Part shown: positions 1 to 13,845 of the stretch, in pieces
How positions within the stretch are numbered: the first letter of the stretch is position 1
Layout: every line of letters starts with the position of its first letter
Source of the DNA: Octopus sinensis
Lineage: Eukaryota
Reading direction: 5' to 3'
Length of the DNA: 64,000 bases
Assembly: GCF_006345805.1 (NCBI RefSeq)
Contig: NC_042998.1
Span: 68,138,001-68,202,000, forward strand
The notes under the pieces: model-generated
Database searches by the model: none
Told to the model about the DNA's origin: nothing
Seen by the model: only the letters and a program-made list of their open reading frames with translations
Position numbers and translations under genes: made by a program

Positions 1-524
1 GTATGTTTGTTCTTGCTCAAGCTCTCTTATGACTGTGTCAACATCTAACACGACTGAATTTGTGGTCTTCACTTTCCCTTTCTGGAAAGTGGCCTTGGCA
101 CACTTCTCAAGTCCAAACTCCATCCCGATGTCATCGCTGAATGATTTCACGGTGCGCAATAGGCCTTCAAGTTCATTATTGTCTTTACCATAAAGTTTTA
201 AGTCATCCATATAAAATAGATGGCTTATTTTTTTATTGGCAATTTTATACCCATACCCTGTTCTGTTTAATTCACTTGTAAGGGGTATTAGGGCTATGCA
301 GAATATTAAAGGTGAAAGTGAGTCACCTTGAAAAATTCCACAGTTGATGTTTATATTTTCTGAGGCAAGTACTCCATTAGAGTGGTATAATTGGAGATTC
401 GTATTCCACAACGACATATTGTGCTTCAGGAAGTTTGAAATCACAGGGGAAATTTTGAAGATGTCCAGCGATCTCAAGATCCATGGATGCGGTATACTGT
501 CGAAGGCCTTTTTATAGTCAATCC
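1..524 (-). mobile_element. 5'-truncated R4/Dong-type non-LTR retrotransposon, RT domain (continues out of window)
   Basis: Minus strand reads IDYKKAFDSIPHPWI...GIFQGDSLSPLIFC...ISHLFYMDDLKLYGK...DIGMEFGLEKCA. The 5' junction abuts (TAA)n. Confidence 0.85.
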
Positions 525-723
525 TTATTATTATTATTATTATTATTTATATTATTATTATTATTATCATTTATATTATTATTATTATTATTGCGTTTTT
601 GCTTTTTTGGGGGGATGATGACTTCAGCGAAAGTTAGATGCCACTTCTATCATTCCAAGAGCTCAAGCAGAGATTTCTTCATTGGAGTTATAGTTGTTGT
701 TGTTCTTGTTTGTTATTATTATC

Positions 724-940
724 AAGGCAGCGAGCTGGCAGAATCGTTAGCACGCCGGTCAAAATGCTTAGCAGCATTTCGTCTGCCTTTACGTTCTGAG
801 TTTAAATTCCACCGAGGTCTACTTTGCTTTTCATCATTTCGGGGTCGATAAAATATGTATCAATTAAACACTGGCGTCAATGTAACCGACTTAACTTCTC
901 CCACGAAATTACTGCCATTGTGTCAAAATTTGAAAACATT
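724..940 (+). mobile_element. tRNA-derived SINE family A
   Basis: Head GGCrGCGAGCTGGCAGAATCGTTAGC, B-box-like GAGTTYAAATTCC and core TTTCATCCTTTCGGGGTCGATAAA. More than 10 copies in the window. Confidence 0.85.
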
Positions 941-999
941 ACTAATTATTATTTTTATTATTACTATTATTATTATTATTATTATTATCATCATCATCG

Positions 1000-1118
1000 C
1001 CTTTGCACAGCCTCTAACGCTGGAGGTGTTAGCTGTTCACTACCAGTGAACTCAGGTAACACATATTTTCCAAGCGCCTTTCGGAGTATTCGAGCGCTTC
1101 CAAGCAGTGCTGTTTTCT
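1000..1118 (-). mobile_element. 3' end of an R4/Dong-type LINE
   Basis: KTALLGSARILRKALGK plus short 3' UTR running into (TGA/TAA)n. Closely similar to 52157-52290. Confidence 0.75.
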
Positions 1119-1335
1119 TATTTTTTACTGCCCACAAGGGGTTAAACACAGAGGGGACAAACAAGGACAGACAAACGGATTAAGTCGATTATATCGACCC
1201 CACTGTTACATATTTAATCGACCCCGAAAGGATGAAAGGCTAAGTCGGCCTCTGTGGGATTTGAACTCAGAAGGTAACGGCAGACGAAATACTGCTAAGC
1301 ATTTCGCCCGGCGTACTAACGATTCTGCTAGTTCT
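1119..1335 (-). mobile_element. SINE family A (variant tail), inverted relative to 724-940
   Basis: Reverse complement of the family A head and core, with the ttaatccgtttgtctgtccttg tail also seen at 28375 and 39963. Confidence 0.8.
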
Positions 1336-1451
1336 TGTTTTCTGCAAATGCTCCACCCTTATTGCAGCCCCTATACTGTTCTCAGGGCATTTTTTTTTAG
1401 TTATAGTTGTTGTTGTTATCAAGGCGGCGAACTGGCAGAATCGTTAACACG

Positions 1452-1527
<76 letters not shown>

Positions 1528-1959
1528 AAGTTTTCTCCATTTTCTCTCTAATTTATTTGGATTTCCTCTTTTTGATTAATTAGCTCCCATTATGTGGGCA
1601 AAACAACATGAAGACTAATAACTAATAACGAGATGCTGCTATAAAACAACTAATTAAAGAACAACAACAAAAATAAAATGAAAAAACAATCTAAACTAAT
1701 ATGTCTGCCTCATAGAAAAATGAATTATAGAAAATATTCTAACTTGGAAAATTCTCCCTGTTTGCTTTGTGTTTATTTTTAGTCTTTTGTTTCGCGTTAC
1801 GGCTTCGTAACGAGAAAGAGAGAGGCGGATATTCTGTGGCTGTTATTATATCAAAAGAGCGAAATTGCTATTAATCACTTATATAATAAATCGCTTTTGT
1901 TACTTTTTTATTAATGTAACATATTGATGATGGTAATAATAATAACAATAATAATAATG

Positions 1960-2009
<50 letters not shown>

Positions 2010-2044
2010 ATTAATAATAATAATAATACCGACGATGTTGGTAA

Positions 2045-2078
<34 letters not shown>

Positions 2079-2279
2079 AGTGTTGTAACTGTGTACGTGC
2101 GAGTGTTATTTACTTATTTATTAGCTGGTAGCTAATAAACAAAACTAACGAGTTATCTCTAAATTGGATATCTGTCTGAATTACCAACTGAATATCGGAG
2201 AATCAGCTGCCTTTAACAGGTTGTTTGCTGTCAACTACAATATCGTAGTGGATAGCTTCTGGCTAATTGAAAACATCGG

Positions 2280-2419
<140 letters not shown>

Positions 2420-2554
2420 CATATATAAATATACATATATGTATATATATATAGAGAGAGAGAAAGAAAAAAGATAAATATATACACGTGTATATATATA
2501 TATATATACGCATCCATGTTTATAAGTATATTATGTATGCATATATATAAATAA

Positions 2555-2609
<55 letters not shown>

Positions 2610-2823
2610 CAAATACATATATATGCCTGTATAGATATGTGTGTGTGTGTTTACATGTATGTATGTACGTATACATATTCATAGATGCATACATATACAC
2701 ATACATACACACACACACATATATATGTTTATAAACATATATGAATATATGAATGTTTATGTTTATGTATCTTTTGAATATATAAAAAGAGAAACATTGA
2801 TAGATAGATAGATAGATAGATAG

Positions 2824-2880
<57 letters not shown>

Positions 2881-3371
2881 TACATATTACCTCTTTAGGT
2901 ACAATTTCCTGCTGATTAAGTATAGAGAGGATGCGCTTTAATTGGATTGTCGACTCCCATTTCTATCTGAATCGTTAAAATATAAAGAAAAACTGTTCGT
3001 CTCTGCAAATTATTATGTTCATTAATATATATGTTCATAAATATTTTTCCCCACTTTCAACAAACACCTCATTTGTTCCTATATAACCACATATACAAAA
3101 CAGTTGCCATTACTCCTAAGATGTTGTGAGCCCAGTTGCCATTTTGAAATCTATTCACGAAAGCAATATTTTCCAATATTTTTCGATATCTCATAGCAAT
3201 GTTTAAAAAGTTGCGTTACTTCCAAGAATTCCCAATCAAGGCCGTTAGCTTTAAAACACATTGCCATGAATATATTCTTCAACATAATTAATACTTATTG
3301 TTTGAAGAATTTTCCAGAGAGAACATGAGTCTTCTCTAATTTGAGTTTGCCTCAGAATGAGAGAGAGAGTG

Positions 3372-3425
<54 letters not shown>

Positions 3426-3719
3426 TGTGTGTGTCTGTGTGTCTGTGTGTAGGTATAGCTGTGTGGGTAAACTAGTTCGTTTTGTAGCCAAGTAATCACA
3501 AGTTCAGTACCAATACAAGACACATTAGGCGACTTCTATACTACCCACGTGAGTAAATTTGGTAGACGGAAACTGTGCAGAAGCCCTCATGCTTATATGT
3601 GTGTGGTGGGTGGTGTACCGTCGAGCAGAATATTCCTCGTTATGGTCTTTAACTGGTGGTAGTTGCAGCAGTAATAGCAGTAGTAGTAGAAGTTGTAGTA
3701 GTACTAGTAGTAGAAGTTA

Positions 3720-6478
3720 TAGATGTTATACTTCACTGAATTGGTAGCGAGAGCCTGATCTTGTGCAGCAATGATCAGGCTTTCGGTGGTACGCTTCAAA
3801 TCACCTCGCTCAAACCATGTCCAAGATACTCTATTATCTTTAACGCCTTGTGTATTCCTTTCAAACTACCCATGCATTCTCATTTCATGAAGATCTTTTT
3901 TCTTCTCCTCAGCTCTTTGGTTAAACTCTTCCTTGCCCGTCACTTCATCTGCATTTACACCCATATCTTTCGCGGCATATTGCAGCAGGTCTTCATCACT
4001 ATTTATCAAATACTCGGCAAGCGTTCTCTTTTCACTCCTTATACAATGGCCTATATTAATCAGTCCTCTGCCACCATTCTTTCTTTTTATATACAATCTG
4101 TATATGTTTGCTTTAGGGCGTAGCTCTCCATGCAGAGTCATCAACTTTCTAGTCTTTCTATCCAGTGTTGATATTTTCTCCTTAGTCCATTTGAGGATGG
4201 ACGCACTATATCTGACCACTGCAACTGCTCAGATATTCATTGCGGTAATCAAATTTTGGCATTCGGGTTGGATTTCAACACCATCTTCACCCTTTTTTGA
4301 TATGCCTCGTTGACCTTCACTTTCATTTCCCTGTGTAGACGCCATCCACCTTCAAAATCCCTAAATATTTATACCCACTATCGTTGGGTTCAGCCATGGT
4401 CTCTCCATCAGGAGAGACCATAGGTGAACCCAACGATTATTATCCCTCTTTTCATATTAAGTACTGAGCATTTGGTTATCCCAAATTCCATATCGATGTC
4501 CCTACCACATTTATGAACTGTTTTGGTTCAGTAATTTATGTTTTTCAGATTTCCTAAACAATTTCAGATCATCCATAAACAGAAGATGACTCAATGATGG
4601 GCCTTTCTGTCCACATTGGTAACCCATCTTAACTTTCCTGAGTGTCATTTTTATAGGTATTAGTGCAATTACAAAAGTAACGGAGATAACGAGTCACCTT
4701 TGAAGATTCCCCTTTTAATATTCACTTCTCCAAGGAATACATTACTTGAGTACAATTCGGTTTTCCACTCTTTCATGCTACGCATCAGAAAATTTGTGAT
4801 GTTGTCAGCAACACCAAACATATGCAGGCATTCAACGATCCAAGAATGTAGCATATCATATGCCTTCTTAAAGTCAATCCAAGCCATATACATGTTTCAT
4901 AATGTTTTTTACAATTCCTCAAAACTGTTTTATCGATGACCAGGTGATCCTTGGTACACTAAGAACTCTTCCTACATCCTTTTTGTTCCCTTTGTAATAT
5001 TTCTTCCTGTGCCAGGAAAGTGTATGCGTTTGCCGCACATTACAAGTGCTGTCCTCCCAGTCATCATCCACGTGGGGACTGTACCTTTTCTGGACATACT
5101 CATTCAATTGGACTGCTAGTCTTTCATGCACCGCGTGACATCTCTTCAGCCAGAAGCCATGAATCCCATCTGGTCCGGGGGCTTTCCAGTTAGGCACTTT
5201 ACCCACTTGTTCTTTTACATCACTCGTGCTTATGACGAAATTCCTTTATTTCTTTCCTCCTTGTAATTCTGTCTTGATAGTTCCTATCCACATTGGATCC
5301 CTTTTATGCACCACATTGTTTCCCCATAATCCGCTCCAGAACTTCTTGCCTTGATTTGCATCAGGAGCAACATTTTCCCTATTGTCTCCTTCTAATGTTC
5401 GGGAGAATTGCTTCGGGTTATTTTTGAACAATCTGTTCTCCTCGAACTGCTTATTTCTGTTCGCAAACCATCTTATGTTCTGGCTTTTTGCCATGATCCT
5501 CTGTTTTAACTGCTCTATTACTGCTTCAAACCCGTTCTTCCGTATTATATATTTCTTATATTTCTTCTCTAATTTATATTTCTCTAATTTATATTCTATA
5601 ATTTATATTTCTCTAACTTATATTCTATAATTTATATTTCTCTAACTTATATTCTATAATTTATATTTCTCTAACTTATATTCTATAATTTATATTTCTC
5701 TAATTTATATCTATAATTTATATTTCTCTAACTTATATTCTATAATTTATATTTCTCTAACTTATATTCTATAATTTATATTTCTCTAATTTATATTCTA
5801 TAATTTATATTTCTCTAATTCATATTCTATAATTTATATTTCTCTAATTTATATTCTATAATTTATATTTCTCTAATTTATATTCTATAATTTATATTTC
5901 TTCTCTAATTTTTCTCTATCGGTCTTTTTCCTATTTTCCCAGTTTCCTCGTAACTATTGCTCATTTTTTCCTAGATCTTACCTTGATCGCATTATGCCCC
6001 TTTCAATGCGTCATTTCCACCATGATTCTTTTCCTCCACCATTTTTTGTTCTCTTAAGTTCTAATTTCTCCTCAACAATTAGCACAATAGCCTGAAGAAG
6101 ATTTCTTGTTTGTGTTATTTCCTCCGTCTGGATATAAGGTATCATAGTGTTTATCTTTAGTGTTACTGTATTTATCATACTCCTATCTACCCTTCTCATT
6201 TTCATGGAGATTTTTTTCTTCTGGAGAATTCATCAAGTCAGTGAGTCATCTTTGAATTTCCAGCGATTCATTATCTAGTTGTTTCATTTCCCCTGCATGT
6301 CCACCCACCACAGTATCAGGGTTCACTGTATAACGTTCCTGTTTCTCATCCTCAATAGCCTCATCACCATTCCCTTGTTCCTCCTGTCTACTCTTCTCCC
6401 TGCTTTCAACTCCTACCTTCATCCACTTATGTCTGTTTTTGTGCATTCCATAGATGCGATCTGTTGTGACTGCCCCTG
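3720..6478 (-). mobile_element. Decayed ~2.7-kb R4/Dong-type LINE with frameshifts
   Basis: Collinear fragments NWKAPGPDGIHGFWLK, MAWIDFKKAYD, GIFKGDSLSPLL, LDRKTRKLMTLHG...RLYIKRKNGGRGLI and MRMHG. The 5' end abuts (TAA)n at 6479. Confidence 0.88.
5566..5910. repeat. 29-bp minisatellite (about 12 units) inside the LINE
   Basis: Unit TAATTTATATTTCTC-TAAYTTATATTCTA, made of 15+14-nt subunits. Confidence 0.9.
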
Positions 6479-6515
6479 ATTATTATTATTATTATTATTA
6501 TCATTATTATTATTA

Positions 6516-6558
<43 letters not shown>

Positions 6559-6674
6559 TATTTATTTATTTATTTATTTGCCATATTCCCTGATGTTACT
6601 CAGGGTAGCAAATATGTTCATTATAAGTTACGCGGCATACGACACGTAGACAGACAGATAGATAATTAGATAGG

Positions 6675-6769
<95 letters not shown>

Positions 6770-8335
6770 ATAGATAGACAGACAGACAGACAGACAAATA
6801 GATAGATTTCTTATCGAGTCATAAAATACTTGTAAATATTTGCGTTTTAGAATTCGCCTTTGTAACTTTATTATAACTAAAAATGAAGAATAACTTTCCT
6901 CCATAATATTTTGGCTTGGATTTTGATGACATAATAAACTACTGCCAGTTGAAGTAATGTAAATATGTAAAGAACGGCTCACAGCATTTCTTTGGTAATG
7001 CTTCTAAACTAACAAACCGCATAACACATTTCGATTTCTTTTCTTTCATTTTTATATAATTTCCTGTCAAATGCAAAGAATGTCTATACCAAACAAGTAG
7101 TGATAATTCCAGCACTCTCTGCCATTTTCTTATACATGTCTATTAAATCAGATGCATTCGTCCATAGCATTCTTTTTCCATCTCTCTCTCTCTCTCTCTT
7201 TCTCTTTTCTCTTTCACTCTATACAAATAGCTAAAATGCTCTAAATTGACGTAGAAAATATATGTCTTCTAGTCACATTTGACCAATTTCATTTTCCACA
7301 ACGTACTCTCCGAGATGGAAAATGAAACATTTCGTACTTAATATAATGAGTTTCTATCTAATATGTTATATTTTTACTTAACTCGTAACATCAAAACGTC
7401 TGAATGGATTAATCGAGGCTTTTAGGACTGTAGCTCTGCTTCTAACTCTCCATTTTTCTCTTCAGTAAAACCGATAGTAAGTCTGTCTGAAACGCTCTGT
7501 ATGTGTTCTGTATTTATATCGTGCTTTACATGCAAACACGTGTGAAGATAGCGAAGAGTAAAATTGAAAAGCAAGCAGACGACGTCGGTGAGAAGTCTTA
7601 GATATTAACACAATGCCAATATTACTGCCAAATGAAACAATTCACAAACAGTAAGTGCTAGTTGCCAGAAAAAGGCCAGTTTAAATAAGCTGGCTCTATA
7701 GAAGGCGACGTGATATATTAATCAGAGAAAAGCAATTGGCAGACGATGTCTATCCAGTCGCAATGCTTTGCCACATATGCTGGCTGGCCCCCAAATAAAT
7801 GAACCATTTGACATTGTAAGAAATATATCACATTTTATTTCACAATGTTTTCAGACACACGGCAAATATAGGTTGTTCTTGACGTGCAAATATAGACGTT
7901 GTATAGCAGTCCTTGGGGGCATATTTTTGGTTCTAATTCTTGCTGGTAATGAATGATAAAAGAAAAATGAAAACAAAACAAGACCATGAACAGAATAGAA
8001 TATGTGAAAATGGTAAAGATTTCTATAGATATCTTTATCATTTTCACATATTTCATATAGAATTATTGCTATCGTTAATCTGATTATCGTTCTTTGTGTA
8101 GTAATTGTGTTACTGTTGTTGTCATTGTTGCTGTTGCTGCAGCTGCTGTTGCTGCTGCTGCTGCTGTTGCTATTGCAGTTGCTGCTGCTGCTATTGTTGT
8201 TGTTATAGTTGTTGTCGTCGTCGTTGTCGCTGTTTTGTTGCTGCTGTTGTTTTTGTTTTTGTTGTTGTTGTTGTTGTTGTTGTTTTTGTTGTTGTTGTTG
8301 TTGTTGTTGTCGTTGATGATGATGATGTTGTTGTT

Positions 8336-8580
8336 AAGGCAGCGAAATGGCAGAATCGTTAAGAAGCTGAATGAATACTTTGCAACATTTTCTCCCGGCT
8401 TTCTCGTCCCGGTTTCAAATTCCGCCGAGATCGTCTTTCATCGTTGCCTTTTCACCCCTTTTTTCCGGTTGATAAAATACGTAGCAGTCAAACACTCGGG
8501 GTAGGGGGGGGGGTCACTGTAAACGACAAACACCTCCCACCAAAATTCCAGACCTTGTGCCTATCGTGAAAAGAATTATT
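8336..8580 (+). mobile_element. SINE family A, diverged
   Basis: aaggcagcgaaatggcagaatcgtt...caaattccgccgag...ccttgtgcct. Confidence 0.75.
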
Positions 8581-9797
8581 GTTGGTTTAGTTGTTTTTAT
8601 TATTATGGAGGATATACATAAGATAGCTTTATGCTGTTTGAAAAACAACGGTGAGGATAAGAACACGAAGAAGAAGAAAGAGGAGGAGAAAAATGTGAGG
8701 CAAGGGGAAAATGGTGACCATCGTAATAATACTGATGCATTTCCTACTCAAATCATATTTTCGAAATGTTTTTGCTATTTGGCGCAGCAAGCCATGTAGC
8801 ATATCCTTGTACACCATTAAATTGAGTACTGCATACTAACTACATTCACTAGTTTAAGGCTGACGAATCTGCCTGACACGAGTTCTTGGTTAATAGTACC
8901 TTTGATGGTCCTTTCTTCTGGGTTATTAAACCCCAGCTAAAGAGGTATGGCCTCTCTGTGAGTGGAAGAAAAAATAGGAAGTAAAATTAGCAACAAACTT
9001 CAAATGCTACCCTTGGCAGGGGCCTATTGTTTAGTTCACATCATTCGGACAGTTTCTGCAGCCAAACACGTATCGTATGCGTCTGTACTCCTGAGAGTCA
9101 CGCTACACAAGTCAAGAGCTGGGTTTTGCAATCTGGATAACCTGGGATCCTCATACACCCTGTTCAGTCCTGTGCGCTAGAAACGGCACATCACAGACAC
9201 GAAAAGATAGATCAGGTTGCCACTGCACCCTAATGCTGTTGACCTGGTGGGTGGATGGGGTTGTGAGACTCTCGCTCAATCGACTCTTGTATTTTGGGTT
9301 TAGACTCACAGCGAGTACCATATCTTAAACTGGCGACTTATGCAAATTCCATCGATTTGTTTCAGGAGATAGACCAAAAACATGAATGATATTTCATTTT
9401 CGAAAGAGTGTATGCATGTATGTTAGTGTGTGAATAAAACAAAACAAAACATGAGAGATTGTTTCTAAGATAAAAATATCTAATTACATATCTTGTATGT
9501 AATTAATAAAATATCTTATAAATAATCAGTCATGTTTTGTTCTCGTTTCTAAATATACTCTGTGTAACACTTGGTATAAAACTACAATACACGAACAGAA
9601 ATACATATGAAGTTCTAAGTACTTGTTGCTTGTCCAAGGTTTAAATTGAACTAGGCGAACCTTTATTATGAGACTGACATACATACAGACAGTTAGACAG
9701 ATAGGTAGATAGATAGATAAATAGATAGATAGTTAGATAGGTAGATAGGTAGATAGAGAGATAGATAGACAGATAGATAGACAGACAGGCAGGCAGG

Positions 9798-9883
<86 letters not shown>

Positions 9884-9900
9884 TAGATAGATAGATAGAT

Positions 9901-11108
9901 ATGTTTCTTTATTAGCCACACAGGGCTGCACACAGATAGAACAAATTACGAGGTAGAGCTTTTCTTTTGAAGGTTTAAAAAAAAAAAAAAAGGAAGGGGG
10001 AGTTTCGATCAAAAGGGATCGTAAAAGGAGAGAAAGAGGACAAAAAAAGTGGGGTTAAAAAAAAAGGGGGAGAGGAAAAAAAAAAAATTGATCAATAGGG
10101 ATCGTTATCACAGAAATGTCAATATGAAGTGTAAAGGGGAGGACAGGTGAGGTTTACCCGTGGAAAGAAAAGCCTACGGAAAAGACCACGGTAACCTCGG
10201 TCAATGGAGTCACATGTTATATTTCTTTTTTTTTTTTGCAAATAAGCAACTCTCTGTTTTCAATTTCTGGGTTCAGAGGATCATGCTCAAGGTGGCTTCG
10301 TCATTCATACGTGCCATTCTTGCTACATTCACCCATCTTTTTTTAAAACATTCGCTAGACAAAACTTGCCTCTCTACTCTCACTTTCCTTTTCAAGTGGT
10401 ACTTGAAGAAGTTGATGAGAGATTGACCAGAGAGGAAAGTGTTTGTCTCCAATCATTTCAGACGCGTCCACCAGATACATTCTTTCGCCATAGCCACAAG
10501 GATGATGAAAATAGCTCTTCCTTCCCGTTTGAAGGAGGGAGGCGTGACAATATTGACGATAGACTCAGCTGATAAACCGACTCGTCCCACACGTGACAGC
10601 AGTTGTTCGACACAAGCCCACAGGTCGGAAATTGTTGGACACTGCACGAGTGCGTGCAGAGCGGTTTCGTCGCTCTGACCGCATCTCGGGCAGGTCGGCC
10701 CCGTGTTTCTCGAGCCGTGTCTGTAGAGCTTATCCCGAACGGGTAGCGCTTCTCGGTAGCACTGCCAGGCCAGGGATCTCTGGAAGTTGTCCATGGGCCC
10801 TGGCCCGCAAGTCGTCCTGAACAGGCGGGTCAGGTACTCCTCGTCGACGTCCAGGTTCGCCCCGAGCTCGTCGTCGTACGTCCCCTCCACTAAACCCCTA
10901 TAGAATGCTTTGGTTGTGTTGAAGTCACTCAAGGTCGACCCAGGACGGCAGAGTTGCTTGAGAGCAACGCGACACTCGCGGTGCCATTCGCCCTTCTTCG
11001 GCCTCTTTTTGATCCACGACTGCAGTTCGGTCATGGAGACGAGCTGCGGGAAAGCGTGCCTCACAAACGGCGACCACACCTGTTCACCGTCGTCTACATA
11101 GAGCCAGA
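9901..11108 (-). mobile_element. 5'-truncated Tx1/L1-clade LINE 3' end (zinc-binding C-terminal domain plus 3' UTR) within (GATA)n
   Basis: ORF 10453-11079 has SLAWQCYREALPVRDKL...CPRCGQSDETALHALVQCP...W, typical of the L1/Tx1 ORF2 C-terminus. The frame continues past one TGA to about 10275. AATAAA lies near the 3' end, and (GATA)n is on both sides. Confidence 0.85.
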
Positions 11109-11109
11109 G

Positions 11110-11171
<62 letters not shown>

Positions 11172-11195
11172 GTAGGTAGGTAGATAGATAGATAG

Positions 11196-11251
<56 letters not shown>

Positions 11252-11354
11252 CAGGCAGACAGGCAGGCAGGCAGACAGGCAGGCAGACAGGCAGAGAGAC
11301 AGGCAGACAGACAGACAGACAGACCGACAGACAGACAGATAAATAGATAAATAA

Positions 11355-11417
<63 letters not shown>

Positions 11418-11933
11418 TTAGTTAATCAGGCTGTAACATAGATCATCTTCTCATTTTTTCTTCGTATTGTTATTTTTTTATACACACTTTCAAAATGAAG
11501 ATGAGCAGGGGTGAATTAGAAATGCTTTCTAATTTCTTAATATTACTACGTATGTGAAAATTTACTTGAAGATCGTTACAAAATGTGAAAGTACTTGTAA
11601 AGATGTAAAAATACAAAAATAAAGCGTAGTAATCTGACTTTGTAGTCATTTGGCTTGGCAATCTGTTCATCTATGAACACTTCCACAAATGAGAACTCAC
11701 CTACCACCCATCCACCCTCTCTATCAATCTATCTATCTGTCTATCTATCTAAACTATAAAAGTGGTAGAACTGGGTACTGTAAGCTAAGCCAACACTTCC
11801 AATTTCTCAAGATCCCATTTCTCGTTGTGAATAACTGTACCATATTTTAGCTCTTTGTTACCGTTAAATATTAAAGTACAACGGTATCCACAGTGACAAG
11901 ATGATCCCTTTCATTCTTTCTTTCTCTGTTTCC

Positions 11934-11975
<42 letters not shown>

Positions 11976-12349
11976 CTTTCTCTCTCTCGCTCTCCCTGTA
12001 TACAGTGACGAAATGACGCTGATATCTGAGAGGTAGCTGATGAGGAAGTTTATTGGTTACGTTGTGCTAAATATGATTTCCCTCCTCATACTAATGCCTC
12101 TGCACTTTGTCACTGTCCTACTGAATTTGTTTTACTTTAAAAGTACAATGACGCTTTTTATATTATTTGCTACCTTGATAGAATATGTTATAACGTTTAG
12201 ATACAAGTTCTTATTGGAATATATTGTTTTGTAAATAGTTATATAATTTTAAAATCACAAAAGCTCTTATACCGCTGCTATGAAGCATATATATGTGTGC
12301 ATAATTATTCATATACATATGTGTGTATGTATGTATGTATGTATGTATG

Positions 12350-12383
<34 letters not shown>

Positions 12384-13569
12384 TGTATGTATGTATGTAT
12401 GTATGTATGTATGTATGTATGTATGTGTGTGTGTATTGATAGATGATATAAAATATTTGTGCATGTAAGCATGTGTGTGTGTATATTTGTGTTTAGTGAA
12501 CTAGAAAGATTGAAGATTACAGTCCAAGACAGGAACTAGAATATAACTAACTCCACCGCGTATCTCGTATCACGCATCTACTGATTTTTTAGGTGACTGT
12601 ACTGCCGATTATGGCAAGTAAACTGCGTTCATACCAATCTCAAAAATCAATACTTATAAAGTTTTACTGGACAAGCTAATATTATTATCTCACGTCATAT
12701 CACATGAGAAACTTAATAACTTGGGAGCCACTCGCCCACCAATGTCATTGAGGTCTGGCGTCCATAACAAGATAAATACTGATATGTGATATCAACCAAA
12801 TGATTACTACTAATACTTTACATTATCACTGTGTCTTGTAGCAGTCCCAGTTAATGGACTTTTGATTCATTTGGTACTTATCATTGAAATATCTTCAGAG
12901 TTTCTCAAAAGAGAGAGGATGTTGAACAATAAATAATAAAATATTTTATCGAGAGAAATACAAACTATTCTCTGTATAAAACTGTATACGGATCTACCAA
13001 CAGCACATCAGTCTAAGTTTTCCATCTCTATAAGGACACTGTAAACTGGAAGCATCTGAGTGCGAACTACTGATTAGATTATTGCAGGATTTTTTTTTTC
13101 AATTTAGTCAACTCTAAACCTCATGTGTATTTTCAATAAACACGACACTGTAATAATTGCCATAGAATATTGAAAAATCGAAGATAATACCTAATATTAG
13201 ATTACACCACCACCTTACTGTTGTGTGGGTGACTTGACAAATAATAGAATCACTGCGCATGATTGCGTAAACCAAAACGGAAATATCTTTTCTACATAAC
13301 CACTATAATTAACATTGGTAATTATAATAATGATAATAATCTCGATGATGAAAGATAATAGCCTTAATGATAATAGTAGTTTCTTGTATAATAATGATCA
13401 GGATTTCTTTTATAATAATAACAGTAATTTCTTTAAAATAGTAATGATGATGGTGTTGGTAGCAGCAGTGGTGATAGTGGTGGTAGATGAGATTTATTTT
13501 ATATAATAAAAGTTAGGATGATTATAATAATGATGGATTCACACGTCAAAGACGACGTATGGCCGTTCA

Positions 13570-13845
13570 GTTTTTACCGACGACCTGCACAAGTGATTCG
13601 TTTATTGTGATCAAATGTTTGTGCCGCACATTAGCTCACTTCTCTCCACCAAATCGACATTTCTTGAACAGGTGCATAGTGAGCCCCCCCCCCACACACA
13701 CACACACGACAAGAGTCGAAGCAATCGTAGAGCAACGTGAGAGGAAGTGCTTTGCTCAAGAACACAACACACTACTCGGTCTAAGAATCGATGTCACAAT
13801 CGCCAGTTCGGTAATGTAACACACTAACCACTGAGCCATGCGCCC
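13570..13845 (-). mobile_element. tRNA-derived SINE related to family C
   Basis: Minus-strand head GGGCGCATGGCTCAGTGGTTAG...TCGATTC...TTCTTGAGCAAAGCAC. Confidence 0.65.

Noticed and set aside
483-851. Recurrent ORFs containing LAESLAR...LRSEFKFRRGRLC (also 28125, 28563, 33063)
   Set aside because: Chance translation of SINE family A.
5566-5910. CRISPR-like array
   Set aside because: Contiguous tandem units with no unique spacers, in eukaryotic DNA.
12030-12060. CTGATGAG hammerhead-like start
   Set aside because: No stem II or GAAA follows.
12590-12680. Short open frame after tttttttAG at about 12592
   Set aside because: It ends in a stop with no receptor similarity and more likely belongs to a decayed LINE 3' end.
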